IMG/VR virus record: IMGVR_UViG_2698536620_000014
Origin: a virus
Lineage: Duplodnaviria; Heunggongvirae; Uroviricota; Caudoviricetes
Reading direction: 5' to 3' (one strand)
DNA: 55,939 nucleotides
The stretch's first letter is position 1, and each line of letters opens with the position of its first letter. The notes under the pieces are model-generated. The model was not told the DNA's origin. It saw only the letters and a program-made list of their open reading frames with translations, and made no database searches. Below, one piece after another: positions 1 to 10,564 of the stretch. Position numbers and translations under genes: made by a program.

Positions 1-1236
1 CTACGATAACCGCGCATTCAACATGGCTACCTGTTCGTCGTTCATGTCATCAATCCACATACCGTAAATTTCATACACCATCTGCGCAGTTTCATGCCCC
101 ATCTGGCTGGCTATAAACGCCGGGTTCGCTCCTGCCGTCAACAGCCAGCAGGCAAAAGTATGCCGCGTATGGTACGGATTACGGCGGCGAATACCAGCAC
201 GTTTTACTGCTGCATTCCATCTCGCACCCAAACTGCTTACCGAGTAATAAGGTTTCTGTTTTCCGTTACACACTCTGGGCATGAAAACAAAATGCAGTTT
301 TTGCTTTTCGGTTCTGCCGTACTCCCGATGATAAAAAGTGATTTCGCTTTTGCGATGATGCCCGGTCAGTTTGTATTGCTCCTTCAGTGCTTCAAGAGCA
401 GGCTGCAGTAGTGTTACCGTCCGGATCCCCGCATTTGTTTTTGGGGGACCGAACATATCCAGTATCGTCAGGTTTCTTCTGACATTCACAACTCCCTTCT
501 CGAAATCCACATCCTCCCACGCCAGAGCAGCCAGTTCCCCGTGACGAAGCCCGGAGTATACGGCAAATTTCCACAAGTTCTGGCTCTGTCCTTTTTCACT
601 TTCCATTAATGCATTGAATTCTGTTTTAGATAACGGGTCAGGCTTTATTCTGTTTCTCTGTAATTTCTTTACTCCTTCAAATGGTTTGGTTGATATAAAT
701 CCCGACTGATACGCAAAACGTAACAACGAACAGAGCAGGGCGATATAGTTATCAACTGTGCGCACGGTTCTTCCTTTTTTGTTGGATCTTGGATTATCCA
801 GGTAAAGCGTTTCTCCATGCAGCAGTTCATTCCGGTAGTTTAAGATATCGCTATAACGAATATGCGATATCGGAGTACTCTCACAAATTATTATCCTGAG
901 TGTTTTTAATTGTGATTTCGTTTTCTTCATTGTGTTTGTTGTTAACTCTGTTTCTTTAATTTTTGTCCAGATATCACAAAGCTCCCCGAACGTTTTTATG
1001 ACCCTCGTTGTCACCATTTTTGCCCCAGTGCTGGACTGGGGAAAACGTCTTAAATACTCAAACTCACCGGAATTGATTTCATGAACTATCAACGCTCTTA
1101 AATTCCCGGCTTTTTTAATGTTACTGTTAGTAACCTCCCAGCCTTTCAATGTTTCCCGACATCGTTTTCCTCGAAACATGAACCAGATGCGAATGTATTT
1201 ACCTCGAATCTCGACACCTGTTGGTAATTTAGACAT
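1..1236 (-). CDS. intR: Phage tyrosine integrase (Rac-type), 411 aa
   Basis: Full-length ORF with stop at 1-3; followed by the Rac early-region gene order (xis, ydaC, ralR, recT, recE). Symbol assigned from context. Confidence 0.85.
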   Translation of the reverse strand: MSKLPTGVEIRGKYIRIWFMFRGKRCRETLKGWEVTNSNIKKAGNLRALIVHEINSGEFEYLRRFPQSSTGAKMVTTRVIKTFGELCDIWTKIKETELTTNTMKKTKSQLKTLRIIICESTPISHIRYSDILNYRNELLHGETLYLDNPRSNKKGRTVRTVDNYIALLCSLLRFAYQSGFISTKPFEGVKKLQRNRIKPDPLSKTEFNALMESEKGQSQNLWKFAVYSGLRHGELAALAWEDVDFEKGVVNVRRNLTILDMFGPPKTNAGIRTVTLLQPALEALKEQYKLTGHHRKSEITFYHREYGRTEKQKLHFVFMPRVCNGKQKPYYSVSSLGARWNAAVKRAGIRRRNPYHTRHTFACWLLTAGANPAFIASQMGHETAQMVYEIYGMWIDDMNDEQVAMLNARLS

Positions 1237-1237
1237 A

Positions 1238-1453
1238 TCATGAGTCTTTGATAAACTGATTTATCTTTGGATAGTTATACCAGATAATCCCTCGCTTACT
1301 GTCTGGCTTCCCTAAAGGAGATACTCGTTTGAAGTGGAAGCCTTCCACCCAACAGTTCTGGCGGTATGCTTCAATTTGTCTGGCCCCCAGACCAGTGCGA
1401 AGCATCAGGCCGTATTCAACCATCCACTCTTCATTAAAGATTACTTGTGCCAT
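1238..1453 (-). CDS. xisR: Excisionase-like protein (YdaQ/XisR-like), 71 aa
   Basis: ATG at 1451-1453 (M9 of the track ORF) gives [15 protein letters not shown]...; small basic protein directly upstream of int. Confidence 0.7.
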   Translation of the reverse strand: MAQVIFNEEWMVEYGLMLRTGLGARQIEAYRQNCWVEGFHFKRVSPLGKPDSKRGIIWYNYPKINQFIKDS

Positions 1454-1552
1454 CGCATCACCTCTGGCAGGCGCCAATGTTAGACTTAAATTGACGCCCG
1501 ATGTTGATTATTAATAATCAGCTATGAAGTTTTAATTTGAATACAATGCAAT

Positions 1553-1741
1553 TCACGAGGACTGAAGTTTCTCGCAATTAAAATTTATCAGTTTTACTTT
1601 CTGCTCTCTGGAAACGCCTGCTTCTTTTTTACCTGAGAGCATTTTTTCGCATTCTGATTTCGTTAGTTTAGATTTTGAATATCTTGTCCAGTTAGTAGGA
1701 GTGCCACCTTCCTTTTCAATAGTGGCGGTAATTTTATACAT
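1553..1741 (-). CDS. ydaC: YdaC-like small protein, 62 aa
   Basis: ATG at 1739-1741 preceded by GGAGGTG; product MYKITATIEKEGG... Confidence 0.65.
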   Translation of the reverse strand: MYKITATIEKEGGTPTNWTRYSKSKLTKSECEKMLSGKKEAGVSREQKVKLINFNCEKLQSS

Positions 1742-1928
1742 GAACACCTCCATTATTATTTCCAGTGGTTCGTTTATTTCATCGTTCGAGTGCTTCTTTT
1801 TCACTTCCACCATAACCGGTTCGGGATTCGCATCCGTTACACTTCGCTCGGTAATATCCTGAAATGGCTTTCACCGTTACTGATGGACAACCACAAAATG
1901 GACATGGTTTAACATTGTCATATCTCAT
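1734..1928 (-). pseudogene. ralR: Restriction-alleviation protein RalR/Lar, interrupted by in-frame TGA after codon 49
   Basis: Minus-strand ATG at 1926-1928 gives MRYDNVKPCPFCGCPSVTVKAISGYYRAKCNGCESRTGYGGSEKEALER then TGA (plus 1779-1781); the same frame continues NKRTTGNNNGGVHV to TAA at 1734-1736, which would give the 64-aa length I recall for K-12 RalR. Confidence 0.55.
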
Positions 1929-1983
1929 AATTTTTCTCATAAAAATATTTCAAGTTGGCGGTGCATTACACCGCCAGGCTGAA

Positions 1984-2793
1984 TTATTCCTCTGAATTAT
2001 CGATTACACTGTATTCCCCGGTTAATACAGAGGAATCTGCAGGATCGATTGTCAGTGGTTCCTTTTCATCCATTGATACTGCACGCTGGATCTCAATTGA
2101 TACGGGCAGATATTTGAACAGGCGACGAATAGCCGTTTTCTTTGCCATTTCTTCCCAGTGAGTTACCCACGGCCCGTTATTACCAGCTTTACTCTGGCTG
2201 CGCACCAGCTCAATCTGTTTGCGCGTCATAACTTCAAACTGAGTACCTCCGTCTTTCAGTCTTGCGACAGCATAGACGTGGGTAACAGGGGCATCTTCGT
2301 TTTCTCCTGGGCGGTGTATTAACTTTTCATCAAGGCCAAATTCGAAATTAAACTCGTCACCTTCACGGACAACACGGGCTGACAGGCTGGCGATTTGACC
2401 TGAACGGCGAGCCAGATCAATCATGCCGCGATAGCCAATGATTAGCTGAACGTTTTTTTTACCGCTCTTTTCGTTTTTATTACCAAAAGGCAGTAAATAT
2501 GCATGACCGAGGGCGCTACCGGGCTCAAGTCCGAGCTGTGAACACTGTACGATTGCACTGACAAAACTCATAGTGTCACAGTTTCCTAACGCCGGAACTT
2601 TACGAATTTCTGTGGTGGCGATACGGATCATACGTTCAGCCGTCATATGGCGTGGAAGAGCTGCTGCCAGTTGCTCTTTCATTGATGGCTGGTTAATAAA
2701 ACTAATCACGTCGTTATTTTTAATTGCTGCTGGTGCACGGTTTCCCTGAGTTTTTTGCAGATCGGCTTTTGCGATTGGTGGTTGCTTAGTCAT
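1984..2793 (-). CDS. recT: RecT single-strand annealing recombinase, 269 aa
   Basis: Start at M20 of track ORF ([13 protein letters not shown]...); overlaps recE stop, as in the Rac recET operon. Confidence 0.9.
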   Translation of the reverse strand: MTKQPPIAKADLQKTQGNRAPAAIKNNDVISFINQPSMKEQLAAALPRHMTAERMIRIATTEIRKVPALGNCDTMSFVSAIVQCSQLGLEPGSALGHAYLLPFGNKNEKSGKKNVQLIIGYRGMIDLARRSGQIASLSARVVREGDEFNFEFGLDEKLIHRPGENEDAPVTHVYAVARLKDGGTQFEVMTRKQIELVRSQSKAGNNGPWVTHWEEMAKKTAIRRLFKYLPVSIEIQRAVSMDEKEPLTIDPADSSVLTGEYSVIDNSEE

Positions 2794-5386
2794 TTGCATA
2801 TTCCTTAGCCCAGCGGGGCAGTGATAACGTCTTAATAGCTGGCCATTCATCGGTATTGAGGCAGTCAGCCAGGGTTCGCAGATTGCGGTGATATTCCAGC
2901 TGACCTGCCAGTTTTGCTTCTTCGCCCATCATGAAAATTTCAACCGGATAACGTCCGCATTCAATAGTTGTGCTGGCAACCAGAAAAACGAAAGTTGGCT
3001 GCACTCCAAACTGTGCTTCATAACCGTCACTGTAGAATGCATCCTGAACGTGATAGCGGTAGTCGTAATAAGCGGTTTTGAATCGTTGAATATCCGCCGT
3101 AGTTTTCACGTCCATGATCCAGTGAAATTCAGGGATAATTTTGTCCGGACGGCACCGACACAAAATTGCTGTTTCAGGATCTTCCCAGTAAATTGATGAT
3201 TCAGCGTGTCCGGCGCTTTCAACAAGCCATTGCCCCAGCGGCAAAGCCATAACGCTCTGATACATGAGTTCAATTTTCCGGCCTTCTTCGGCAGTGATAA
3301 CCGTTTTTCCTGTGCTTGCGCATTCCCTCAGAAACGCTTTCTCTTCTTCTTTTCCGGAGTTTGTCCGGCGGTTAAATTCAGGTGCTACGATAAAGCGGTT
3401 ACTGAATTCTTCCGGCTCAAGTACCCGGCAGTGGAAAGCGGTTCCTAAATCGAGCGTTTTTGTCTTTGTGGTGTCCACGGGGGCATTTTTACGCCACAAA
3501 TACAGTGCCGGAGTATCAGCAATGTCATCGAGCTGAGACTTACTGACACCGGGACCCGCGTGGTAATTCTCATTCGAAATTCCGTAATAAATACCTGGCT
3601 CTATGTCTTCTACGATTACGGGATCTGCGACTTCGCCAGTTTCATCACTGCAATCGCGATGCGGATCGCTGCCAGCATTCTCATTGTGCGGATGTTCAGC
3701 GCCTTCCATTTCCTCCGGATCATTTTCCTTAGCTTCAACCTGACTCTCTTCATCGAATGTTTCCTGGTATGTTGCGTCGCCCATCACCGCACCACAGTCA
3801 GGGCAGTTATCCCCGCCAGTCTGGCCGCAGGCATTGCAGGCTATTTCCGGTTCCTGTTGCACTACTGGCTCAGGTTGATTCATATCCGGGCTGGTTTTTT
3901 CCGTTTCTGGCTGGTTCTGGTACACACAATCGCGAGTCTGGATCCCCTTTACCCATTTCGGATCGTTCGGGTCGCTAATTCCGTCAACAAATTCACCACG
4001 TGATGCAGCAAGCAATTTATCGGCATCGACAGGATTTTTTGATGGAATGTTTTTCCGGGCTTCATGGAGTTCTGCCCGCAGTTCCTGATATTTCGCATCA
4101 ACAGAATTTACCTGTGACTGAGCATCCAGCGGCTGCGTGTCCTGATGATGTTCAGTTGCGTCCGGTTCCATTGTTTCAGCCTCTCCCTGTTCAACTGCCG
4201 TTGTTCCAGATGGTTGCGGTTTTTCTTCATCATCCTGTTTTCCTTCTTCTGTTACTCGCTGCGGCATCGGGGCAGAGGAGCGACCGCAGGCAATATCCAC
4301 GATTTCCGGATCAGGGTTGGCATGATCGGTTTCAGTCAGTACTTTGTTCAGATATTCAGTGACGTGCGCGGGGATGACCTCGATCCCAATTGGTGCTTCT
4401 TTTACGGACGCAACCACGATGGCGCGGGAATAATCCAGCCCGCCAGGCATGGTGATGAATTTGTCGCGGAAAACAGAAAAGGGCGGTTTATTTTCAGCGA
4501 TAATTTCCTCAATGCGTTTAGCGTGTGCCGGATGAAGGTTATAGATGTCCAGATCCATTGAACGGGCCAGTACGCCAGTGGCTACGTCCCGCGCCAGTGA
4601 CGTCAGATCGTGTACGAAACCTTCGCCGCGATCGGTGAGGTTTCCGCCGCCAGCATTAGCACCGGAAGCCGTGCGAGTGATGTGTGAAACACGATTACCC
4701 TTCATCCACTCTTTTGTCAGCAGTCCTCGATCGGTGTAGTCAGCGTTCAGGTATGCTTCGAAAAAAGCAGTTATCAGTCCCAGGTTTGAATTACCAGGAT
4801 TAGGGAAAACTTTGTCAGTGTCACGAACCAGTTTGTGGAGTTCGCGAATTTCCAGCGGGTCGAGCAGGCTGGTTTTGTGGGAAACAGCCAGGGCAGTAAC
4901 AGCCGGTAGTTCTTCAGCCCGAGCAATGTGTAATGCCTGGAGTCCGTCGCGTGAAACGTGCGTTACCGGTTTTTCGCTGCCGTGTTGAGCAAGCCAACGA
5001 ATGGGCAGTTCCTGGCCAGAAATTGGGAGTAGCATATTCTCCTCAATCTCAGGCATGTCTTCGCCGTTGACGTTGGTATTGCCTTGATAGTGAGCGTTGT
5101 CTGGTGCTGCTCCCGGTTTTAGTTCCCATGTCATGGAGTCTTTGCTGAGTTGATAGCGTTCACTCCAGGTAAAATCGATCTCACCTTCAGCGGGCAGGTC
5201 ATTAACGACAGGAAAATTCGTGGCAACAGCTTTAAAATAGCTGCTCAGTTTTTTACCTGACTTAACGATCAGGTAGTCCAGAGTGGCACAGGTCGATTCA
5301 AAATCGTTGCTTGCCCACAGGACGACGTCAGGTTCACCGGATGATTTTTTCGCTTTCCGTAACAGGAAGAGTGGTTTTGTGCTCAT
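2786..5386 (-). CDS. recE: RecE exonuclease VIII, 866 aa
   Basis: 866-aa ORF, same length as K-12 RecE; acidic Cys-rich middle region; operon with recT. Confidence 0.9.
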   Translation of the reverse strand: MSTKPLFLLRKAKKSSGEPDVVLWASNDFESTCATLDYLIVKSGKKLSSYFKAVATNFPVVNDLPAEGEIDFTWSERYQLSKDSMTWELKPGAAPDNAHYQGNTNVNGEDMPEIEENMLLPISGQELPIRWLAQHGSEKPVTHVSRDGLQALHIARAEELPAVTALAVSHKTSLLDPLEIRELHKLVRDTDKVFPNPGNSNLGLITAFFEAYLNADYTDRGLLTKEWMKGNRVSHITRTASGANAGGGNLTDRGEGFVHDLTSLARDVATGVLARSMDLDIYNLHPAHAKRIEEIIAENKPPFSVFRDKFITMPGGLDYSRAIVVASVKEAPIGIEVIPAHVTEYLNKVLTETDHANPDPEIVDIACGRSSAPMPQRVTEEGKQDDEEKPQPSGTTAVEQGEAETMEPDATEHHQDTQPLDAQSQVNSVDAKYQELRAELHEARKNIPSKNPVDADKLLAASRGEFVDGISDPNDPKWVKGIQTRDCVYQNQPETEKTSPDMNQPEPVVQQEPEIACNACGQTGGDNCPDCGAVMGDATYQETFDEESQVEAKENDPEEMEGAEHPHNENAGSDPHRDCSDETGEVADPVIVEDIEPGIYYGISNENYHAGPGVSKSQLDDIADTPALYLWRKNAPVDTTKTKTLDLGTAFHCRVLEPEEFSNRFIVAPEFNRRTNSGKEEEKAFLRECASTGKTVITAEEGRKIELMYQSVMALPLGQWLVESAGHAESSIYWEDPETAILCRCRPDKIIPEFHWIMDVKTTADIQRFKTAYYDYRYHVQDAFYSDGYEAQFGVQPTFVFLVASTTIECGRYPVEIFMMGEEAKLAGQLEYHRNLRTLADCLNTDEWPAIKTLSLPRWAKEYAND

Positions 5387-5487
5387 TGTTTTTTAACCTC
5401 AACTCAGATTAAAATTCGTTTTGTTCAGTGAATGATCTTGCCGGATACACACTGTTCATAGCCTGCGCCATACGCAGGCTATTTCTT

Positions 5488-5763
5488 TCAGATTTCACCT
5501 TTTAATTTCATTGCAATTAGAGTTGCCAGAAATTCGGCTTTTTTTTCTGCGGGCAGATTCTTTCCGATATGCACCAGGCACATTTTTTTGACACCTTCAT
5601 CAAGTGTTTTTACGTTGCCTGATGGACCATCGATATCAACCACAGTGAATGGGGTTTCTTTATTTTCTGTTTTAATTACGTAGCCAATGCGCTTTCCTTC
5701 CAGATTCACCTCGTGAACAATGTCATCGGTAGTTACAACAGTGGCTTCATAATTGGTAATCAT
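5488..5763 (-). CDS. racC: RacC, 91 aa
   Basis: ATG at 5761-5763 preceded by AAGGAG; product MITNYEATVVTTDDIVHE... Confidence 0.75.
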   Translation of the reverse strand: MITNYEATVVTTDDIVHEVNLEGKRIGYVIKTENKETPFTVVDIDGPSGNVKTLDEGVKKMCLVHIGKNLPAEKKAEFLATLIAMKLKGEI

Positions 5764-5837
5764 GTTTTTCTCCTTAATTAAGGTTGAGCGAATACCTGCC
5801 ATTTCTGGCATAAATTCAGTTTCGAATAGTCAATTAA

Positions 5838-6008
5838 TTAAAGTTCATGTGCCATCTGGTCTTTTTCGGCACAAGCTTCACTGCAATATTTTCTCGGTTC
5901 GTCTTTTGATAAAATCCCGTGCATGAAGTGAAGCATTCTTTCAATAGCTTTGCTTTCTTCAACGTCTTTTTTGCAAAGGTGGTAAGCACATTTTATTTTC
6001 TTAGTCAT
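5838..6008 (-). CDS. ydaE: YdaE-like small Cys-containing protein, 56 aa
   Basis: Not in ORF track (<60 aa). ATG at 6006-6008 overlaps kilR stop by 1 nt; product [56 protein letters not shown]. Confidence 0.6.
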   Translation of the reverse strand: MTKKIKCAYHLCKKDVEESKAIERMLHFMHGILSKDEPRKYCSEACAEKDQMAHEL

Positions 6009-6229
6009 CACCATGACTCCGCCTTTACAGGTAAACCATCACGACCGAGGAAGACTTTAATCATGCGGTCAGTAATGCATGTTTTTGTGGTCAGGTTACG
6101 AATATATAGTTTTCGCTTTTTAATATTGTTTGCCGAGGCAATATATGTCCGGCCTTCATGAAGAACATAATCGCCAGGAGTCACACACTGACGTGGTATT
6201 TCATCAGTTCCGAAGTGATGTGCAATCAT
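6008..6229 (-). CDS. kilR: KilR, FtsZ-targeting killing protein, 73 aa
   Basis: Start at M5 of track ORF ([14 protein letters not shown]...); 73 aa as in K-12. Confidence 0.8.
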   Translation of the reverse strand: MIAHHFGTDEIPRQCVTPGDYVLHEGRTYIASANNIKKRKLYIRNLTTKTCITDRMIKVFLGRDGLPVKAESW

Positions 6230-6670
6230 AATTATCTCCATTTTTACAAATGAACTTTGTTGATGCGGTGCCTGGTGCCTCCAGGTGACTGCAACCAGTT
6301 AACAATTACAGTCGGCTTTCCCACCCAAACCAATAAGGACTAACATGACTTTTAACTGTGCCACGTGCGCTTAGCCGCATTCACCGCATCACAAAATTCA
6401 CTTTAAAAAGGGCGGACATCAGCCGAACTTCAAGAAAAAAACTGATGCCGCCAGGACTACACACAGCAATGTCGTTATTTACAACCGGAGGCGCACTCCC
6501 ACCATTTAAATTTAACAGACAAGACCGACTCTTTATGGATATCGGAAATGCGCCTTCGTGTTGTGCCCGGTTTTATTTCACCACCTCCGGGCTTCGGTGG
6601 TCTCGGCTATACCCCTACAGCGAGAGCTTGTGTTAACATTTCAATACCCTTACAGTTGAGAGTTATTGAT

Positions 6671-7159
6671 ATGTTGGATGTATTTACTCCATTGTTGAAA
6701 CTTTTTGCTAACGAGCCACTCGAAATACTTATGTATACGATTATCATTTTTGGTCTCACTCTCTGGCTGATACCGAAAGAGTTTACTGTCGCATTCAATG
6801 CTTATACTGAAATACCTTGGCTCTTTCAGATTATCGTTTTTGCCTTTTCTTTCGTGGTCGCCATTTCCTTCTCAAGATTGCGAGCACATATTCAAAAGCA
6901 TTATTCATTACTACCAGAGCAACGAGTATTGCTTCGTTTATCTGAGAAAGAAATCGCTGTATTTAAAGATTTCCTTAAAACAGGAAATCTTATTATCACT
7001 TCTCCTTGCCGTAACCCGGTTATGAAAAAATTAGAACGGAAGGGCATCATTCAACATCAGAGTGATAGCGCAAACTGTTCTTATTATCTCGTCACCGAAA
7101 AATACTCCCATTTTATGAAGTTATTCTGGAACAGCAGGAGTAGACGTTTTAATCGTTAG
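6671..7159 (+). CDS. sieB: SieB superinfection exclusion protein, 162 aa
   Basis: Internal ATG at 6671 (MLDVFTPLLKLFANEPLE...); two hydrophobic helices near the N-terminus. Confidence 0.8.
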   Translation: MLDVFTPLLKLFANEPLEILMYTIIIFGLTLWLIPKEFTVAFNAYTEIPWLFQIIVFAFSFVVAISFSRLRAHIQKHYSLLPEQRVLLRLSEKEIAVFKDFLKTGNLIITSPCRNPVMKKLERKGIIQHQSDSANCSYYLVTEKYSHFMKLFWNSRSRRFNR

Positions 7160-7311
7160 CTTACTGTGTGCTTCTCCAACCATCGGCGCGCACCAGTTTC
7201 GGTTTTAAATGTTTTGCTTTTGGTATACGTCATGGCAGTGAACGTTCCATCCTGGTTGGGGAACACGCCGCACACCAGGGATTCGTTGTTGCCGAGGTCG
7301 ATTTTTTGCAT
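7156..7311 (-). CDS. ydaF: YdaF-like small protein, 51 aa
   Basis: Not in track. Minus-strand ATG 7309-7311 to TAA 7156-7158: MQKIDLGNNESLVCGVFPNQDGTFTAMTYTKSKTFKTETGARRWLEKHTVS; convergent with sieB. Confidence 0.5.
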   Translation of the reverse strand: MQKIDLGNNESLVCGVFPNQDGTFTAMTYTKSKTFKTETGARRWLEKHTVS

Positions 7312-7321
7312 TTTGCGAATC

Positions 7322-7456
7322 TCACATCTTGTTGCTGTGTATAGCGACTTCTGCCTGCCAGAGATCCCAGTCGTTGCTGCGTAAAGCCTGCACAGCCTGG
7401 TTGTAAGTGATACCGCAACAATCCATCAAATACTGAACTACTTCGTAATGCACCAT
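7322..7456 (-). CDS. ydaG: YdaG-like small protein, 44 aa
   Basis: ATG at 7454-7456 preceded by GGGGAGAG; product MVHYEVVQYLMDCCGITYNQAVQALRSNDWDLWQAEVAIHSNKM. Confidence 0.55.
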   Translation of the reverse strand: MVHYEVVQYLMDCCGITYNQAVQALRSNDWDLWQAEVAIHSNKM

Positions 7457-7746
7457 CTTATCTCTCCCCTTAACGCCGGGTGGCGGAACTGAAACCTGCT
7501 GCACTGCAAAATCTGAACCCTGCCGTCATGTTCATACGCCTCGGGCTGGCTACTTAACCCCTGACCACTGCCTGGTAACTCGAAGTATTGCCCTGCGTTC
7601 TGTGGGGCGGGGTGGGTTGGTAGGTATATAATGTACTTTGTGTTCATTGATGTAAAGTACTATAAGTACATTTTGTGTGTAAAAAAATGAGATGGGATAA
7701 AGTGAAGCACAAACCCGGAGGGGGACGCTACCGGATTTATGCTGGT

Positions 7747-8184
7747 TTAAGAGGCTTTTTGTTTTTTCTTTCGTGCTAGCTCTTCGTAAATTGCATTGTA
7801 CTTCTGTTTTTTCTCCTCAAGAGTTTTTAAAAGTTCATCTGTCTCACTGTCAGGGAGCTCGTCCAGAAGGTCAATGATGATTTTTTGTCTTGGATTTAAC
7901 TCCTGATAGAAACGTACCTGTCCACTTTCTTCTGTATCCTCTCCCAAAAGATAGGTTGGTGTTGTTCCAATGAGTGTTGCTAATTCCCTTAATTTCTCTC
8001 GGCGAGGAATTGTTTCGCCATTAAACCATTTGCTAACCGCTTTTGGTGTTAATTTCATTCGACGGGCAATTTCTGCCTGCCTTCCATGTTGTTCATAACC
8101 AGCGTTTTCACAGGCTAGCGCAAGCCTACTGGCGAACTCTTTACGCGCTTTATCTTCATGAACCATAAGTTCAATGATATTCAC
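7747..8184 (-). CDS. racR: RacR prophage repressor (HTH, XRE-like)
   Basis: HTH-like segment GRQAEIARRMKLTPKAVSKWFNGETIP; divergent from ydaS-ydaT. Start uncertain: GTG 8184 or ATG 8166; an in-frame stop lies just upstream. Confidence 0.8.
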   Translation of the reverse strand: MNIIELMVHEDKARKEFASRLALACENAGYEQHGRQAEIARRMKLTPKAVSKWFNGETIPRREKLRELATLIGTTPTYLLGEDTEESGQVRFYQELNPRQKIIIDLLDELPDSETDELLKTLEEKKQKYNAIYEELARKKKQKAS

Positions 8185-8245
8185 TCTTGAATGTACTGTC
8201 AGTTCTGTTATAGCATGTACTCAAAGTTCACATTGTGAGGGTGAT
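8185..8245. promoter_or_regulatory. racR / ydaS divergent promoter-operator region
   Basis: 61-bp intergenic region between divergent racR and ydaS with repeated TGTACT motifs (aatgtactgtcag ... catgtactcaaag). Confidence 0.4.
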
Positions 8246-8500
8246 ATGAACCAGAAAACACTTGAAGATGTAATCAAAACTGTTCGCGTTTCTGTTGTGG
8301 CCGACGTTTGTGGTGTCAGCCAAAGAGCAATCTACAAATGGATGGATAACGGAAAATTGCCTCGCACAGAATATACCGGCGAAACAAATTACGCTGAAAA
8401 AATCGCTCATGCATCAAACGGATTATTTTCTGCTGATGTAATTTTAACTATTGGCAGAAATAAAACTACTACGAAAAAGCTGATGGGAGTTGATTCATGA
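8246..8500 (+). CDS. ydaS: YdaS-like HTH protein
   Basis: ATG at 8246 after GTGAGGGTGAT; product MNQKTLEDVIKTVRVSVVADVCGVSQRAIYKWMDNG... The track's upstream ATG at 8174 would overlap the racR start. Confidence 0.7.
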   Translation: MNQKTLEDVIKTVRVSVVADVCGVSQRAIYKWMDNGKLPRTEYTGETNYAEKIAHASNGLFSADVILTIGRNKTTTKKLMGVDS

Positions 8501-8919
8501 AAATCAAGCATGAGCACATCGAGTCAGTGTTGTTAGCCCTGGCAGCCGAAAAAGGGCAGGCATGGGTAGCCAATGCCATTACTGAAGAATATCTGCGCCA
8601 GGGGGGCGGCGAATTGCCCCTGGTACCAGGCAAGGACTGGAATAATCAGCAGAATATCTATCACCGTTGGTTGAAAGGTGAAACGAAAACGCAAAGAGAA
8701 AAAATTCAGAAGCTGATCCCAGCAATTCTGGCAATCCTTCCGCGCGAGCTGCGTCACCGACTCTGCATCTTCGATACCCTGGAACGCCGTGCATTACTGG
8801 CGGCGCAGGAAGCGTTAAGTACGGCAATTGATGCGCATGATGATGCAGTCCAAGCCGTTTACCGGAAAGCGCATTTCAGCGGCGGCGGGTCTTCCGACGA
8901 TTCTGTCATTGTTCATTAA
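8497..8919 (+). CDS. ydaT: YdaT-like protein, 140 aa
   Basis: 140-aa ORF coupled to ydaS by ATGA overlap; same size and position as K-12 YdaT. Confidence 0.8.
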   Translation: MKIKHEHIESVLLALAAEKGQAWVANAITEEYLRQGGGELPLVPGKDWNNQQNIYHRWLKGETKTQREKIQKLIPAILAILPRELRHRLCIFDTLERRALLAAQEALSTAIDAHDDAVQAVYRKAHFSGGGSSDDSVIVH

Positions 8920-8931
8920 GCAAAAGTTTCC

Positions 8932-9789
8932 ATGCTGTTTGTGCTTATTCTAAGCCACCGGGCAGCATCATACGGGGCAATTATGGCCGCATTACCATAC
9001 ATGCAACTGTACATAGCTGATTACCTGGCTGACACCATGCATTTGTCAGCAGAGGAGCATGGTGCGTATTTGTTGCTGATGTTCAATTACTGGCAAACAG
9101 GAAAGCCAATACCTAAAAACAGGCTGGCAAAAATTGCCCGTCTGACTAACGAGCGATGGGCTGATGTTGAACCATCCTTGCAGGAGTTTTTTTGCGATAA
9201 CGGCGAGGAATGGGTGCATCTTCGGATTGAGGAAGATCTGGCATCAGTCAGGGAAAAATTAACCAAAAAATCAGCCGCAGGAAAAGCATCTGTTCAGGCC
9301 AGAAGAAGCAGAAAGGAAGCAGATGTTCAAACAAAACAAGAGAGAAATTTAACAGGTGTTCAAACAGATGTTGAAGTGGTGTTTGAACATGATGTCAACA
9401 CAAAGGCAACTAATAAAGATACAGATAAAGATCTAAAAACAGATCCCCCCCTAAATCCCCCCCGGGGGAATCGAGGTGTCAAAAAGTTTGACCCTCTGGA
9501 TATTGCTTTGCCGAACTGGATTTCTGTCTCGCTTTGGCGTGAGTGGGTTGAATTTCGCCAGGCATTGCGAAAACCGATTCGAACGGAGCAGGGCGCTAAC
9601 GGGGCGATACGGGAGCTGGAAAAATTCCGCCAGCAGGGTTTTTCACCTGAGCAGGTGATTCGACACAGCATCGCCAATGAATACCAGGGCTTGTTCGCGC
9701 CGAAAGGTGTTCGACCTGAGACGTTACTCCGACAGGTTAACACCGTCTCGTTACCGGATAGTGCGATCCCGCCAGGCTTCAGGGGGTAA
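8932..9789 (+). CDS. ydaU: YdaU-like replication/primosomal protein, 285 aa
   Basis: 285-aa ORF directly upstream of the DnaC-like gene; position and size as Rac ydaU. Confidence 0.8.
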   Translation: MLFVLILSHRAASYGAIMAALPYMQLYIADYLADTMHLSAEEHGAYLLLMFNYWQTGKPIPKNRLAKIARLTNERWADVEPSLQEFFCDNGEEWVHLRIEEDLASVREKLTKKSAAGKASVQARRSRKEADVQTKQERNLTGVQTDVEVVFEHDVNTKATNKDTDKDLKTDPPLNPPRGNRGVKKFDPLDIALPNWISVSLWREWVEFRQALRKPIRTEQGANGAIRELEKFRQQGFSPEQVIRHSIANEYQGLFAPKGVRPETLLRQVNTVSLPDSAIPPGFRG

Positions 9790-9795
9790 CTGACC

Positions 9796-10542
9796 ATGAA
9801 AAATATTGCGACAGGCGACGTTCTTGAACGTATCCGCAGACTGGCCCCGTCACATGTAACCGCGCCATTCAAGACGGTAGCGGAGTGGCGCGAGTGGCAA
9901 CTTTCCGAAGGCCAGAAACGTTGTGAGGAGATCAACCGTCAGAATCGTCAGTTGCGGGTGGAAAAAATTCTGAATCGCTCTGGCATCCAGCCATTGCACC
10001 GCAAATGCTCGTTTTCGAATTACCAGGTGCAGAACGAAGCGCAGCGATACGCGTTGAGTCAGGCGAAATCCATCGCTGATGAACTGATGACCGGGTGTAC
10101 AAATTTTGCGTTCAGCGGAAAACCTGGTACCGGGAAGAACCACTTAGCGGCAGCTATCGGGAATCGCCTGCTGAAAGACGGTCAGACAGTGATTGTGGTT
10201 ACCGTGGCTGATGTTATGAGTGCCCTGCACGCCAGCTATGACGATGGGCAGTCAGGCGAAAAATTTTTGCGGGAACTATGCGAAGTGGATCTGCTGGTTC
10301 TTGATGAAATTGGCATTCAGCGCGAGACGAAAAACGAGCAGGTGGTGCTGCACCAGATTGTTGATCGCCGGACAGCGTCGATGCGCAGCGTGGGGATGCT
10401 GACAAACCTGAACTATGAGGCCATGAAAACATTGCTCGGCGAGCGGATTATGGATCGCATGACCATGAACGGCGGGCGATGGGTGAATTTTAACTGGGAG
10501 AGCTGGCGTCCGAATGTCGTCCAGCCAGGAATTGAGAAGTAA
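9796..10542 (+). CDS. ydaV: DnaC-like replication ATPase (helicase loader), 248 aa
   Basis: Walker [18 protein letters not shown] and Walker B LLVLDEIG in the translation. Confidence 0.85.
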   Translation: MKNIATGDVLERIRRLAPSHVTAPFKTVAEWREWQLSEGQKRCEEINRQNRQLRVEKILNRSGIQPLHRKCSFSNYQVQNEAQRYALSQAKSIADELMTGCTNFAFSGKPGTGKNHLAAAIGNRLLKDGQTVIVVTVADVMSALHASYDDGQSGEKFLRELCEVDLLVLDEIGIQRETKNEQVVLHQIVDRRTASMRSVGMLTNLNYEAMKTLLGERIMDRMTMNGGRWVNFNWESWRPNVVQPGIEK

Positions 10543-10564
10543 TTTTTACCGGGAGGAAATTTTT

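Noticed and set aside
2888-4739. Several 60-150-aa plus-strand ORFs inside recE
   Set aside because: Antisense to the 866-aa recE gene; no RBS; compositionally biased.
6358-6636. 92-aa plus-strand ORF between kilR and sieB
   Set aside because: No RBS; lies in the divergent promoter region; the real sieB start is the internal ATG at 6671.
8174-8245. Upstream ATG (8174) as the ydaS start
   Set aside because: Would place the ydaS coding sequence across the racR start and operator region; ATG 8246 has a GAGG-type RBS and leaves a divergent promoter region.
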